Assembly: GCA_965279035.1 (NCBI GenBank)
Contig: OZ257142.1
Span: 3,968,001 to 4,032,000 of the forward strand
Direction: 5' to 3'
DNA length: 64,000 bases
Source: Bacteroidia bacterium
GTDB taxonomy: Bacteria; Bacteroidota; Bacteroidia; M30B66
Shown: in pieces, positions 10,362-19,693 of the stretch
How positions within the stretch are numbered: the stretch's first letter is position 1
Layout of the letters: the number at the start of each line of letters is the position of its first letter
Notes under the pieces: model-generated
Seen by the model: the letters and a program-made list of their open reading frames with translations, nothing else
Told to the model about the DNA's origin: nothing
Database searches by the model: none
Made by a program: the position numbers and the translations under genes

Positions 10362-11432
10362 ATGCTTCGCCTTCCTATTTTCTTGCTTTTCATTTCCTGC
10401 ATTATTTCCTGCAATCGTCCTTACACCGGAAAATATACACCACCCATCGTAGCCAAGTCATTTGCAGATTGCGCCATTCCGCCTGCTCCAGATTATAGCA
10501 ATCCGGATCATTGGGCCGCATTACCTACAAAAAAAGATATGGCGGATAGCGTTCCAAATCGCAGTGTAAAAGATGGACAAGCTGAGGCGAAGGTTGATGT
10601 ATTTTTTCTACATCCTACACTATATCTCGAATCGGGTGAAGGAAAACCCTATCCTTGGAATGCTGAAGTGAACGACGCTACTATGAATGCCAAAGTGGAT
10701 GGTAGCACAATTCTCAATCAAGCTAGCGTATTTAATGGTTCGTGTCGTGTGTATGCGCCTCGCTATCGTCAAGCTCATATCAGTTCGTTCTTTACTACTG
10801 ATACCAAAAGTGGTGAAGCAGCCTTAGCTCTTGCTTATGAAGACACCAAAACAGCCTTTCTTTATTACCTCGAACATTTCAATAATGGGCGACCGTTTTT
10901 TATTGCTGGACATAGTCAAGGAACACGTCATGCGGGTTTGCTCATTCGAGAATTTATAGAAGGAAAAGCACTTGCAAAAAAACTCATTGCAGCGTACGTC
11001 ATTGGCATGCCCGTTCCCAGCGACTATTTTACTCAACTCCCGATTTGCGATAGTCCAGACCAAACAGGTTGTTACATCACCTGGGCAACCTATCAAAAAG
11101 GATTTTACCCGCTTAATTACGAAAGTGCAGGATTCAATCGCGGAAAGTGTGTAAATCCACTATGCTGGACAACCGATTCAACCTATGTTTCGAGAAATAA
11201 AAATAGTGGTGGAATAACATGGAAATTCAACAAGGTAAAAAGGCGAATTAATGGGGCTCAATCGAACAAGGGAATTTTATGGATTGAAAAACCTCATGTT
11301 CCCGGACGAATGTTTATTCACATTGAAAATTATCACGTGGCCGACTACAATTTGTTTTGGTTTAACATCCGCGACAATGTTCGTATTCGTTCAGAAACGT
11401 ACCTTAAAAATACGCCATACTATTCCAATTGA
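10362..11432 (+). CDS. DUF3089 family alpha/beta-hydrolase lipoprotein
   Basis: PPAPDYSNPDHWAALP, DVFFLHPT, YAPRYRQA, GHSQG nucleophile elbow, YHVADYNLFW; lipobox-like IISC. Confidence 0.85.
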   Translation: MLRLPIFLLFISCIISCNRPYTGKYTPPIVAKSFADCAIPPAPDYSNPDHWAALPTKKDMADSVPNRSVKDGQAEAKVDVFFLHPTLYLESGEGKPYPWNAEVNDATMNAKVDGSTILNQASVFNGSCRVYAPRYRQAHISSFFTTDTKSGEAALALAYEDTKTAFLYYLEHFNNGRPFFIAGHSQGTRHAGLLIREFIEGKALAKKLIAAYVIGMPVPSDYFTQLPICDSPDQTGCYITWATYQKGFYPLNYESAGFNRGKCVNPLCWTTDSTYVSRNKNSGGITWKFNKVKRRINGAQSNKGILWIEKPHVPGRMFIHIENYHVADYNLFWFNIRDNVRIRSETYLKNTPYYSN

Positions 11433-11516
11433 AGCAATTGAGTAGGGCAGAATTCTATTTTTATCTTCTTTTGCTTCCAAAAATTTTCTTAGGTTTGAAA
11501 AAAAATACCCATACTT

Positions 11517-13853
11517 ATGAGGAACATCGCTACGTTTCTTTTCCTGCTTTGCAGCTTTCCAATTTTCTCTCAAAATTGTCAAACAGGCTTCACCGAAGTC
11601 ATTGTTAAAATCATCCCCGATAACTATCCAACTGAAACTTCTTGGGAAGTTTTAAATGCAGGAAATGTTGTTGCTACTGGAACAACCAATAGTGATACGC
11701 TTTGTGTTCCGGATAATTCCTGTGTTCAAGTACTCATTCACGATTCGTATGGTGATGGTATTTATTCACCGGGTGGATATTGGATTTACATCAATGGTAC
11801 ACAAGTGGCCACAGGTAGCTCATTTGGATTTGAAGCTATTCATGAAGTAGCTTGCCCGCAAGGTTCTACTTGTAGTCAACCGTTCCCAATCAATACAGGA
11901 AATTGGGTTACTCAATTTGAAGATACATGGTACTCATATACACCCGGTGTTTCTGGAATTTACACACTCAATACTTGCGGAACTAACACGTGTAATACCG
12001 CTCTTTGGGTTTTTGAAAATTGTCCAATCGTAGGCGTAACTGATGGACCAATGGGTTCTTATGCATTTAATGATGATGTGGCTACTTGCGGAACACAATC
12101 AACTGTGAATGTGATTATGGTTGCAGGTCATACCTACATTATACGTGTTGGAGATGTGGCCAATGGTTGTACCGATCCAATCAATTTCTCTTTTAATTAC
12201 CAAGGACCAATCACAGGTTGCACCGACATTAGTTCATGTAATTACAATCCTTTAGCAACAGAAGATGATGGCTCATGTATATATTATCCAAACCCAGGTT
12301 GCGAAGGTCCTGACTTAGCTTTCGATTCGGTTCGTTTCGTAACTTCTCTCTACTTAGGCACACATACAACTTCTGGTTGCGATATTTCTGAAGACTGTGT
12401 TACAGGATACGGATTACGCTATGTAATTCAATTTTCATCAAAAATCAATAATGTCGGAACAACCGATTATTATATTGGAACTCCTTCTTCACAGCCTGGA
12501 CAATTTAATACTACTAATTGCCACGGACACGCGCATTACGAAGGGTATGGTGATTACAGATTATATGATGCCGACAATAATATCATCCCTGCTGGACATA
12601 AAAACGGTTTCTGCGTGATGGATTTATGTGGATTTGGTCAGTATAACTGTTCCAACATGGGAATTTCGGCAGGTTGTTATGATGAGTATGGTGCTGGAAC
12701 ACAATGTCAGTGGATTGATATTACTGATGTTCCTGAAGGCGATTACCGCTTAGCTGTTATTATCAATTCGCAACACCGAGCTGATGCTTTGGGTCGTCAC
12801 GAAATTAATTACATGAACAATGCATTGCAGGTGTGTATTCACATTACACGCGATGCGAACAATGTTCCTTCGTTTACACTCTTGCCAGAATGTACTCCAT
12901 TTGTTGATTGTGCTGGCATTCCGGGTGGTATGTCTATTGCCGATTGCAACAACGATTGTGGTGGTTCAGCCATGTTTGGTAATACTGTAGAAGATCAAAT
13001 TGTGAATGCTCAAGATATGGCTGGGTATTTCAATTTGTTTGAACAAGATAATGCTGCTGCAATGCCATGTTATGACCTTAACAGCAACAATGCATTAACT
13101 GTTTACGATGCTGCACTTGAACAATGGTGTTTGAATTCGGCTGGAACTGGTGCTGGTATGTCGCATTGTTATTTCCCACGCGATGTCATCAACCCTTCTG
13201 ATACAACTGGAGTTGCCATTACTCAGGTGAATTTTAATAGTAATTATTTGGATGTTGAATTAATGTCGCCACGTGCTGATATAATGGCTTGGCAGTTTCG
13301 AGTGAGTGGTATTCATATGACCGATGTAGTTGCTTTAACAAGCGATATTGATATGCCAATGTTGTTAGGTAAAAATGTTTCACGTAGTGAAGTATTTGGA
13401 CTTTACAATGGCGATAGTTTATTGCACCGCTCACCAACAGCGAATGCCATTTGCCGTATCTATTTTGATCAAGTTACCGATACAGCGATTTGTATTTCAA
13501 ACATTCAGGATATTCCTAACAAGAATGGAGAAAAAACAGTGACCGAAATTTATGGATCATGTTTCGAAACTTCAGTGGGTATGAGCACATTACCAATGCG
13601 TTCTCATCTAACCATTATGCCAAATCCAGCAAAAGACATGGCTTGGGTGAATGTTCCAGAAGGCAGCAATTGGAATGGTGCTTGGGAATTAATTGATGCA
13701 ACTGGACGTGTTGTTCGAAGTGTTCAGCCTTCTATAGGCAATCATGCTCAACTTTTTGCCATCCAATTAAATGATCTGAGCAACGGTGTTTACATCTTGC
13801 GAATACAGGATAAAAATGGCCGAAATGCAATAGGAAGATTAGTGAAGAATTAA
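11517..13853 (+). CDS. Lysyl oxidase domain-containing secreted protein with T9SS CTD
   Basis: CHGHAHY (Cu-binding His triad), GHKNGFC, GISAGCYDEYG, CQWIDITDVPEGDY; signal peptide; IMPNPA...NGVYILRI...RLVKN. Confidence 0.88.
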   Translation: MRNIATFLFLLCSFPIFSQNCQTGFTEVIVKIIPDNYPTETSWEVLNAGNVVATGTTNSDTLCVPDNSCVQVLIHDSYGDGIYSPGGYWIYINGTQVATGSSFGFEAIHEVACPQGSTCSQPFPINTGNWVTQFEDTWYSYTPGVSGIYTLNTCGTNTCNTALWVFENCPIVGVTDGPMGSYAFNDDVATCGTQSTVNVIMVAGHTYIIRVGDVANGCTDPINFSFNYQGPITGCTDISSCNYNPLATEDDGSCIYYPNPGCEGPDLAFDSVRFVTSLYLGTHTTSGCDISEDCVTGYGLRYVIQFSSKINNVGTTDYYIGTPSSQPGQFNTTNCHGHAHYEGYGDYRLYDADNNIIPAGHKNGFCVMDLCGFGQYNCSNMGISAGCYDEYGAGTQCQWIDITDVPEGDYRLAVIINSQHRADALGRHEINYMNNALQVCIHITRDANNVPSFTLLPECTPFVDCAGIPGGMSIADCNNDCGGSAMFGNTVEDQIVNAQDMAGYFNLFEQDNAAAMPCYDLNSNNALTVYDAALEQWCLNSAGTGAGMSHCYFPRDVINPSDTTGVAITQVNFNSNYLDVELMSPRADIMAWQFRVSGIHMTDVVALTSDIDMPMLLGKNVSRSEVFGLYNGDSLLHRSPTANAICRIYFDQVTDTAICISNIQDIPNKNGEKTVTEIYGSCFETSVGMSTLPMRSHLTIMPNPAKDMAWVNVPEGSNWNGAWELIDATGRVVRSVQPSIGNHAQLFAIQLNDLSNGVYILRIQDKNGRNAIGRLVKN

Positions 13854-13895
13854 TCAAAAAAAAGCCTCGGAAAATATCCGAGGCTTTTTTTTGAT
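13853..13895. terminator. Bidirectional intrinsic terminator
   Basis: A-run, AGCCTCGGA-AAATA-TCCGAGGCT stem-loop, T-run directly after the stop codon. Confidence 0.85.
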
Positions 13896-13924
13896 AGTTT
13901 GAATCGCTTATAATTTGATTCAAC

Positions 13925-14165
13925 TAAATCTAGCATTCGTCATTCATTGCCTCGGACTTAAGTCCGAGGGTGCTATTGTTTGAAATTAGCAGATTGCAGA
14001 GAATGTATAGGGATTTACTAAATCTGGCAGCATTGAATTGTAGCCTCGGACTTAGGTCCGAGGGTGCAGATATTAGAGATTGGCAGATTGCAAAGTATGT
14101 GATTAGGATTTACTAAATCTACCTTTTATCATTCGTAGCCTCGGACTTAAGTCCGAGGATGCTTT
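13925..14165 (+). repeat. Direct tandem array of three GTAG-type REP-like hairpins (period 94-95 bp)
   Basis: CCTCGGACTTA(A/G)GTCCGAGG at 13950-13969, 14044-14063 and 14139-14158; second and third preceded by GTAG; spacers share AGATTGCA and GGATTTACTAAATCT. Confidence 0.9.
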
Positions 14166-14289
14166 TGTTAGAGAATTGTATTTGTAGTAATTCGCTATTC
14201 GTTTGTTAACATTTCCAACTGTAAAAGTTCTTTGAGAAGATTGATGGTAAAGACTTCCGGATGTGGTAGTTTTGTATACCACCCTGAAC

Positions 14290-15447
14290 ATGACCGTTAA
14301 AAATCTACTCTTGGCAATCTTGCTCCTTTTTCCTTTTTGGGGAGAGGCTGCACGTGCAAAACGGTGTGAGGGAAAGATTTCGGATCAGGTGGAACATTTG
14401 TTCTATCAAATTAAATCGAAACGAAGTGCTCATAAGCTGGAAGAAATATTCCAAAAGCTGCGAAATACCTATGGTTTTAATGGTGTAGTTCTTATTTCAG
14501 AAAAGAATCATGTCATTTATAAAAAGGCCTTTGGTTATGCCGATTTGCAAAAGCACGATAGTTTGCAACTAAACAGTCAGTTTCAACTAGCTTCCGTTTC
14601 CAAGCAATTCACTTCTATGGCCATTATGATGCTCAAAGAACGTGGCTATTTAAATTACGACGATAAGGTAACACGCTTCTATCCTGATTTTCCTTATGAG
14701 AAAGTAACCATCCGTCAGCTTTTAACACATCGTGCTGGATTGCCCGATTATCGATGGTTTATTGATACGTTATGGACAGATAAAAACAAACCCATTTCGA
14801 ATCAAGATATGATGCGTTTGTTTGCTAAACACAAACCTGATCCTTACTTTTCTACAGGTTCGCACCATGCATACAGTAATACGGGTTATGCGATTCTTGC
14901 AGCCATTGTAGAAAAAATTAGCGGAGTGAGTTTTAGCCAATTTATGCAACTGGCTATTTTCAAGCCTTTGGGAATGAATCATACTTTGGTGTATTCGAAA
15001 TGTGATAATGAAAATCTTCCTGGAAATGTGTGTGGATACGAACGCAATGGTCGTTGGAAAGCTCCCAATGATTGCTTTAACGGAATTACAGGTGATAAAA
15101 ATGTATTCTCAACCGTTGATGATCTTTTCCTTTGGGATCAAGCCTTATACAGTGATAAACTAGTAAAGCAAAGCACACTTAGTGAAGCATTCAAACCGGG
15201 TAGTCCCGAATTAAAAGGTTGGAGGAATTATGGTTTCGGCTGGAGAATTAATCGCACAAATCCCGACAAACTTATTGTTTACCATAGCGGCTGGTGGCGA
15301 GGTTTTCGGACGTTTTTTATGCGAAACGTAAGTGATCAAAATTCCATCATTGTATTATCCAATACGGTGAATTATAGTATCAATAGTTTAGGTGAAGTAT
15401 ACTCGATGGTGATGAATAGTCAACTCGATTCTTTGGCTGTTGACTAA
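14290..15447 (+). CDS. Serine hydrolase, beta-lactamase/AmpC-like family
   Basis: FQLASVSKQFT (SxxK), LLTHRAGL, YSNTGY, YGFGW, HSGWWRG; start adjusted to ATG 14290. Confidence 0.9.
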   Translation: MTVKNLLLAILLLFPFWGEAARAKRCEGKISDQVEHLFYQIKSKRSAHKLEEIFQKLRNTYGFNGVVLISEKNHVIYKKAFGYADLQKHDSLQLNSQFQLASVSKQFTSMAIMMLKERGYLNYDDKVTRFYPDFPYEKVTIRQLLTHRAGLPDYRWFIDTLWTDKNKPISNQDMMRLFAKHKPDPYFSTGSHHAYSNTGYAILAAIVEKISGVSFSQFMQLAIFKPLGMNHTLVYSKCDNENLPGNVCGYERNGRWKAPNDCFNGITGDKNVFSTVDDLFLWDQALYSDKLVKQSTLSEAFKPGSPELKGWRNYGFGWRINRTNPDKLIVYHSGWWRGFRTFFMRNVSDQNSIIVLSNTVNYSINSLGEVYSMVMNSQLDSLAVD

Positions 15448-15492
15448 TGTCGCGTCGAACATTTCGTAAATTCCCGCACAAATTGCTGTAAA

Positions 15493-17877
15493 ATGCTCAA
15501 GAAGATTCTTCTCGGATTAGGACTATTGTTGATTATTGCTGTTGGAGGCACTTGGTTTTGGCTTCATTCTTTAAAACCTCAGTATAGCGGGGAAGTCAAT
15601 CTGAAAGGACTTCAACAAGAAACCGAAATATTTTACGACAATTTTGGTGTGCCTCACATTTATGCTAAAAATGAGCAGGATGCGTATTTCGCTCTTGGCT
15701 ATGTGGTTGCTCAAGACCGCTTGTTCCAAATCGAAATGATTCGTCGATTGGCTTCCGGACGACTTGCTGAAGTACTCGGAAATTCTCTTGTTAAGACCGA
15801 TCGATTTTTCCGCACGTTGGGTTTAAACAGACATGCTAAATGGTCGGTGGATGAATACTTGAAACGAGCACCCGAAAATGTTCAAAAAAGCACGCAGGCA
15901 TATATTTCAGGAATAAATCAGTACATCGAAAATGGGAGTACACCGATTGAATTTTCTATTCTAGGAATTGAAAAAGAACCCTTCACCCTAAACGACGTTT
16001 TTTTGATTACAGGCTATATGGCTTTTGGCTTTGCCGAAGGATTTCGTATTGATCCACTTATGGAAGGCATGTACCGCAAAGTGGGTGATAAATACATGAA
16101 TGAATTGGAGAAAGGTTGGCCTAAAGGCGGATTAACCATACCTGTTCATCCACGTGTAATGGCGAATGCGGAGCAACTCAGCATGAACATCGATCATATA
16201 TTGGAAAGCTATCCTGTTTCTCCCTGGATTGGTTCGAATAGTTGGGTATTAGCTCCTAAAAACACCAAAAACAATAAAACACTTTTGTGCAACGATACGC
16301 ACATGGGTTATGCTCAACCAGCCATTTGGTATGAAGCACATCTCGAATATCCTGGTTTTCATTTTTACGGAAACCATCTCGCAGGTTTTCCCTTTGCATT
16401 AACTGGTCACAGCGACTTTTGTGGTAATGGTTTAACGATGTTCGAAAACGACGATGTAGATTTTTACATAGAACAACGCGAAGGCAATAATGTGCAGTTT
16501 AACAATGCTCCGGTTCCATTGAAATTTTTCACCGAAGTGATTCATGTGAAAGATTCGGCAGATGTGAACTTGCAAGTGGCTGAATCGCCTCACGGCCCTC
16601 TCATTGAGCAGGTTTTTGAAAATTTTCCAGTGTACAACCAAGCGGTTTCGGTATGGTGGTCTTATTTGAAATTTCCTGCACGTTCGCTAGAAGCTGTTTA
16701 TGAAATAAATCATGCCCGATCGATTGATGAAGCGCGTGCCGGTGCTGCTAAAATTGATGCTCCCGGTTTAAATGTGATGTATGGAGATAAAGACGGACAT
16801 ATTGCTTGGTGGGCATCTGCGAAATTGGTAAAACATAGGCCGGGATTGTTTAGTAAACGCTTTTTTGATGGTGCTTCGGGGAATGATGAACCGCTCGGTT
16901 GGTTTGATTTCAGTCAGAATCCGCAATCAGAAGATCCTGAATCGGGGTATGTTTATTCGGCAAACAACCAACCCGATAGCACTGCTGGTGGCTATTATCC
17001 TGGATATTATGTGCCCGATAACAGAGCACGTCGAATTGATAGTATGTTGAGTAGTAAAAAAGGGTGGGATGTAGAGATGATGCGTAAAATGATGACCGAT
17101 GGCACGAGCGATACCTACAATCGAATTGCAAAAGAGCTATTGCATGTACTCGAAACTATTGAACCTGTTGCAATAAAATCGGAAGAAGCAAACCGATTGG
17201 CAAGTTGGGAAGGCGGACATGGTTTGGAATCTTCGGGTGTGTTAATTTACTACCGTTGGATTTATAATATTCTCAAAATATCCGTCTCTAGTAAAATCGG
17301 TTCTACATTGTTTAAATCCTACATGAACTCCCATTTCATGAAGACTTCCTATCCGGTGCTTTTGAAAAATCCGGATTCTATTTGGTGGGATAATTTATTA
17401 AGTAAGCCGATCGAAAAACGTCATCATATTATTCAACAGGCTTGGCATAAAACCATTGATGACCTCATTTCGATTTATGGGAAAGATCAAACGAAATGGA
17501 AATGGAGCCGAGCACATACAATTGAACATGTGCATCCTATCGGTCGCAAAAAGCCGTTCAATATCTTCTTTAACGTTGGTCCAGAAAGCGTCAATGGAGG
17601 GAATGAAGTAATCAATAATATTGGATTCAATATCGATTCAACAGGATATTATCCAGCGAAGTTTGGTCCTGCCATGCGGCGAATTATCGACTTTGCAGAT
17701 CCTGATCATAGCTTGAGTGTATTACCAACCGGACAATCGGGGTATTTTATGGCTGATCATTACGACGATCAGTTTGAACTATACAACAAAAACGGATTTC
17801 GGGATCAGTTGATGGATCGAGCAATGATTGAAAAACAAGCTCAAGGAAAATCCCTGAAATTGATTCCTGCAAAATGA
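15493..17877 (+). CDS. Penicillin acylase family Ntn-hydrolase (peptidase S45)
   Basis: DNFGVPHIYA, AQDRLFQ, GSNSW (beta-chain N-terminal Ser), NDTHM, WYEAHL, PTGQSG, HYDDQ. Confidence 0.92.
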   Translation: MLKKILLGLGLLLIIAVGGTWFWLHSLKPQYSGEVNLKGLQQETEIFYDNFGVPHIYAKNEQDAYFALGYVVAQDRLFQIEMIRRLASGRLAEVLGNSLVKTDRFFRTLGLNRHAKWSVDEYLKRAPENVQKSTQAYISGINQYIENGSTPIEFSILGIEKEPFTLNDVFLITGYMAFGFAEGFRIDPLMEGMYRKVGDKYMNELEKGWPKGGLTIPVHPRVMANAEQLSMNIDHILESYPVSPWIGSNSWVLAPKNTKNNKTLLCNDTHMGYAQPAIWYEAHLEYPGFHFYGNHLAGFPFALTGHSDFCGNGLTMFENDDVDFYIEQREGNNVQFNNAPVPLKFFTEVIHVKDSADVNLQVAESPHGPLIEQVFENFPVYNQAVSVWWSYLKFPARSLEAVYEINHARSIDEARAGAAKIDAPGLNVMYGDKDGHIAWWASAKLVKHRPGLFSKRFFDGASGNDEPLGWFDFSQNPQSEDPESGYVYSANNQPDSTAGGYYPGYYVPDNRARRIDSMLSSKKGWDVEMMRKMMTDGTSDTYNRIAKELLHVLETIEPVAIKSEEANRLASWEGGHGLESSGVLIYYRWIYNILKISVSSKIGSTLFKSYMNSHFMKTSYPVLLKNPDSIWWDNLLSKPIEKRHHIIQQAWHKTIDDLISIYGKDQTKWKWSRAHTIEHVHPIGRKKPFNIFFNVGPESVNGGNEVINNIGFNIDSTGYYPAKFGPAMRRIIDFADPDHSLSVLPTGQSGYFMADHYDDQFELYNKNGFRDQLMDRAMIEKQAQGKSLKLIPAK

Positions 17878-18776
17878 GGGCGCAGAGCAGTTCTAAGGTA
17901 TTGATGATTCGTCCTGCGAATTTCGGTTTCAACTCAGAAACTGCTGCCAGTAATGTTTTTCAACATCCATCTGAAGGTAACGATTCACAAGCAAAAGCCC
18001 TAGAAGAATTTGATGCGATGGTTGAAATTCTACGTTCTGAGGGAGTCGATGTTTGGGTTGAAAACGATAATCCTGATGTGGTTTGTCCGGATGCTATTTT
18101 CCCCAATAATTGCTTAGGAATCCATCCTGAAAAGCACCTAGTTCTTTATCCGATGCTTGCCGAAAACAGGCGATTAGAAAGAAATAAAGCATTAATTAAA
18201 CACATCCAAGAAAAATTACCACAGCATCAATTAAGCGACCTAAGCGATGCCGAAAAGCAGGGAAAGTTTTTAGAAGGAACTGGCAGTTTAGTTTTTGATC
18301 ATATACGAAAAGTGGTGTATGCGAGTAAATCTGAAAGAACGAATGAGGAATTGGTATTGAACCTTGCTCAATTGTTAGGTTATCGCCCATTCGTTTTTGA
18401 TGCCTTGGATGAACATGGAATTCCATATTATCACACAAACGTACTATTGACAATAGGTACTCGCTTTTCGATAGTATGCGCAGAATGCATCCCCGAAAGC
18501 CAACGGAATGCTGTTTTAGATTCGTTATTCGAAGGAAATCGTCCGGTATTGTTAATCAGTAGAGCGCAGGTAAATGCCTTTGCAGGGAATATGTTGGAGT
18601 TGAAAAACTCGGCTGATGAAACACTTCTAGTGCTTTCAAACACGGCGCTTTCCTCGCTCGAAGCCAGTGAAATTGCTTTTTTACAACAATTTGCTTTGTT
18701 GCTTCCTATCGAAATTCCGAGCATAGAGCGAATTGGTGGCGGCAGTGTGCGATGTATGATGGCAGAAGTTTTTTGA
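17874..18776 (+). CDS. Amidinotransferase family protein (citrulline utilization hydrolase CtlX-like)
   Basis: MIRPANFGFNSET, PDAIFPNN, FLEGTGSLV, YHTNV, IERIGGGSVRCMMAEVF; ATGA overlap with the acylase. Confidence 0.88.
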   Translation: MRAQSSSKVLMIRPANFGFNSETAASNVFQHPSEGNDSQAKALEEFDAMVEILRSEGVDVWVENDNPDVVCPDAIFPNNCLGIHPEKHLVLYPMLAENRRLERNKALIKHIQEKLPQHQLSDLSDAEKQGKFLEGTGSLVFDHIRKVVYASKSERTNEELVLNLAQLLGYRPFVFDALDEHGIPYYHTNVLLTIGTRFSIVCAECIPESQRNAVLDSLFEGNRPVLLISRAQVNAFAGNMLELKNSADETLLVLSNTALSSLEASEIAFLQQFALLLPIEIPSIERIGGGSVRCMMAEVF

Positions 18777-18847
18777 TGTTTTGAATAGAACAAGAATGAA
18801 TCTGCAAAAACCTTATCTTTGAATCTCTCATACGCTAAATAAATTCT

Positions 18848-19420
18848 ATGATTCGCTATACCTTGCCCCATTTATTGGGTGCTTTTCTTTTCTGTGGAAC
18901 AGTGATGAGCACAACTGCATTGGCTCAACCTAAGACCGAAAAAACTGAAATGACGGCTGCTAAAAAGGACGATCGTCCAAGTCCGCCGCGCAGTGCTGAA
19001 GCTACCATCGGTGATTTAAAAGTGACTATAAATTATAGTTCTCCGGGTGTAAAATCTCGGACTATTTTTGGTGATTTGGTGCCTTATGGAAAAGTGTGGA
19101 GAACAGGTGCAAATGAAGCTACAACCGTTGAAATTAGCCGCGACTGCAAAGTGGGTGGCAGCTTTTTACGTGCAGGAAAATATGCCTTATTTACCATTCC
19201 AGGCGAAACAGAATGGACGATAATATTCAATACCGTTCCTGATCAGTGGGGCGCTTATAAGTACGATGATAGTAAAGACGCCCTGCGTTTTAAAGTGAAG
19301 CCAACAAAGTCTGCTGAATTCAACGAGCGTTTGAAATTTGAGATTAGCTCGGATGAAACTGGGAATGGAAAAGTGAGCCTTTTTTGGGACAATACCCAAA
19401 TTACTTGGGAGATGCGTTAA
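18848..19420 (+). CDS. DUF2911 domain protein
   Basis: RPSP, YSSPGVKSRTIFGDLVPYGKVWRTGANEAT, QWGAYKYD; TATCTTTG box at 18814-18821. Confidence 0.9.
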   Translation: MIRYTLPHLLGAFLFCGTVMSTTALAQPKTEKTEMTAAKKDDRPSPPRSAEATIGDLKVTINYSSPGVKSRTIFGDLVPYGKVWRTGANEATTVEISRDCKVGGSFLRAGKYALFTIPGETEWTIIFNTVPDQWGAYKYDDSKDALRFKVKPTKSAEFNERLKFEISSDETGNGKVSLFWDNTQITWEMR

Positions 19421-19441
19421 GCTATTTTTAAAAAAATTTTG

Positions 19442-19472
19442 AAGCCATTCGATTTCTCGAATGGCTTTTTTT
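19442..19472 (+). terminator. Intrinsic terminator
   Basis: AAGCCATTCGA-TTTC-TCGAATGGCTT followed by T-run. Confidence 0.85.
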
Positions 19473-19476
19473 GTTT

Positions 19477-19670
19477 ACCCCCGGACTGAAGTCCGGGGGT
19501 GCTGGAGTTGGTTGAAGCTTTACGTTATGCTTGTTGGTGCTCCGGCAGCCCCGTACTGATTCCGGGGGTGCTGTAAAGAGTTGAAGCTTTACGTTATGCT
19601 TGTTTGTGCTGTGGCATGCCCGGACTTAAGTCCGGGTGTGCTGGAGGTAGTTTGGGGATTTACGTTATGA
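19477..19670 (+). repeat. Direct tandem array of three REP-like hairpins (period ~70 bp)
   Basis: ACCCCCGGACTGAAGTCCGGGGGT 19477-19500, degenerate copy ~19549, CCCGGACTTAAGTCCGGG ~19619; each followed by GTGCTG and later TTTACGTTATG. Confidence 0.85.
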
Positions 19671-19693
19671 CGCCGGCTTCGTGCGTCCTAAAA

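Noticed and set aside
13950-14158. CRISPR array (three palindromic repeats at regular spacing); same consideration for 19477-19640, 46331-46512 and 4151-4300
   Set aside because: The spacers are homologous to each other within each cluster, the repeats are only ~20 bp, the same hairpin is dispersed at six loci, and there are no cas genes
14290-15447. Bona fide beta-lactamase resistance gene
   Set aside because: SxxK/YxN motifs are shared by many esterases and peptidases of this family; nothing specific indicates beta-lactam hydrolysis
18431-18871. Antisense and alternate-frame ORFs over real genes (e.g. 18431-18871, 47006-47386, 54551-54871, 52492-52776, 63039-63266)
   Set aside because: Shadow ORFs fully overlapping well-supported genes
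19477-19500. Hammerhead ribozyme (CTGA core in GGACTGAAGTCC)
   Set aside because: No CUGAnGA plus GAAA core with three stems; it is a simple 9-2-9 hairpin
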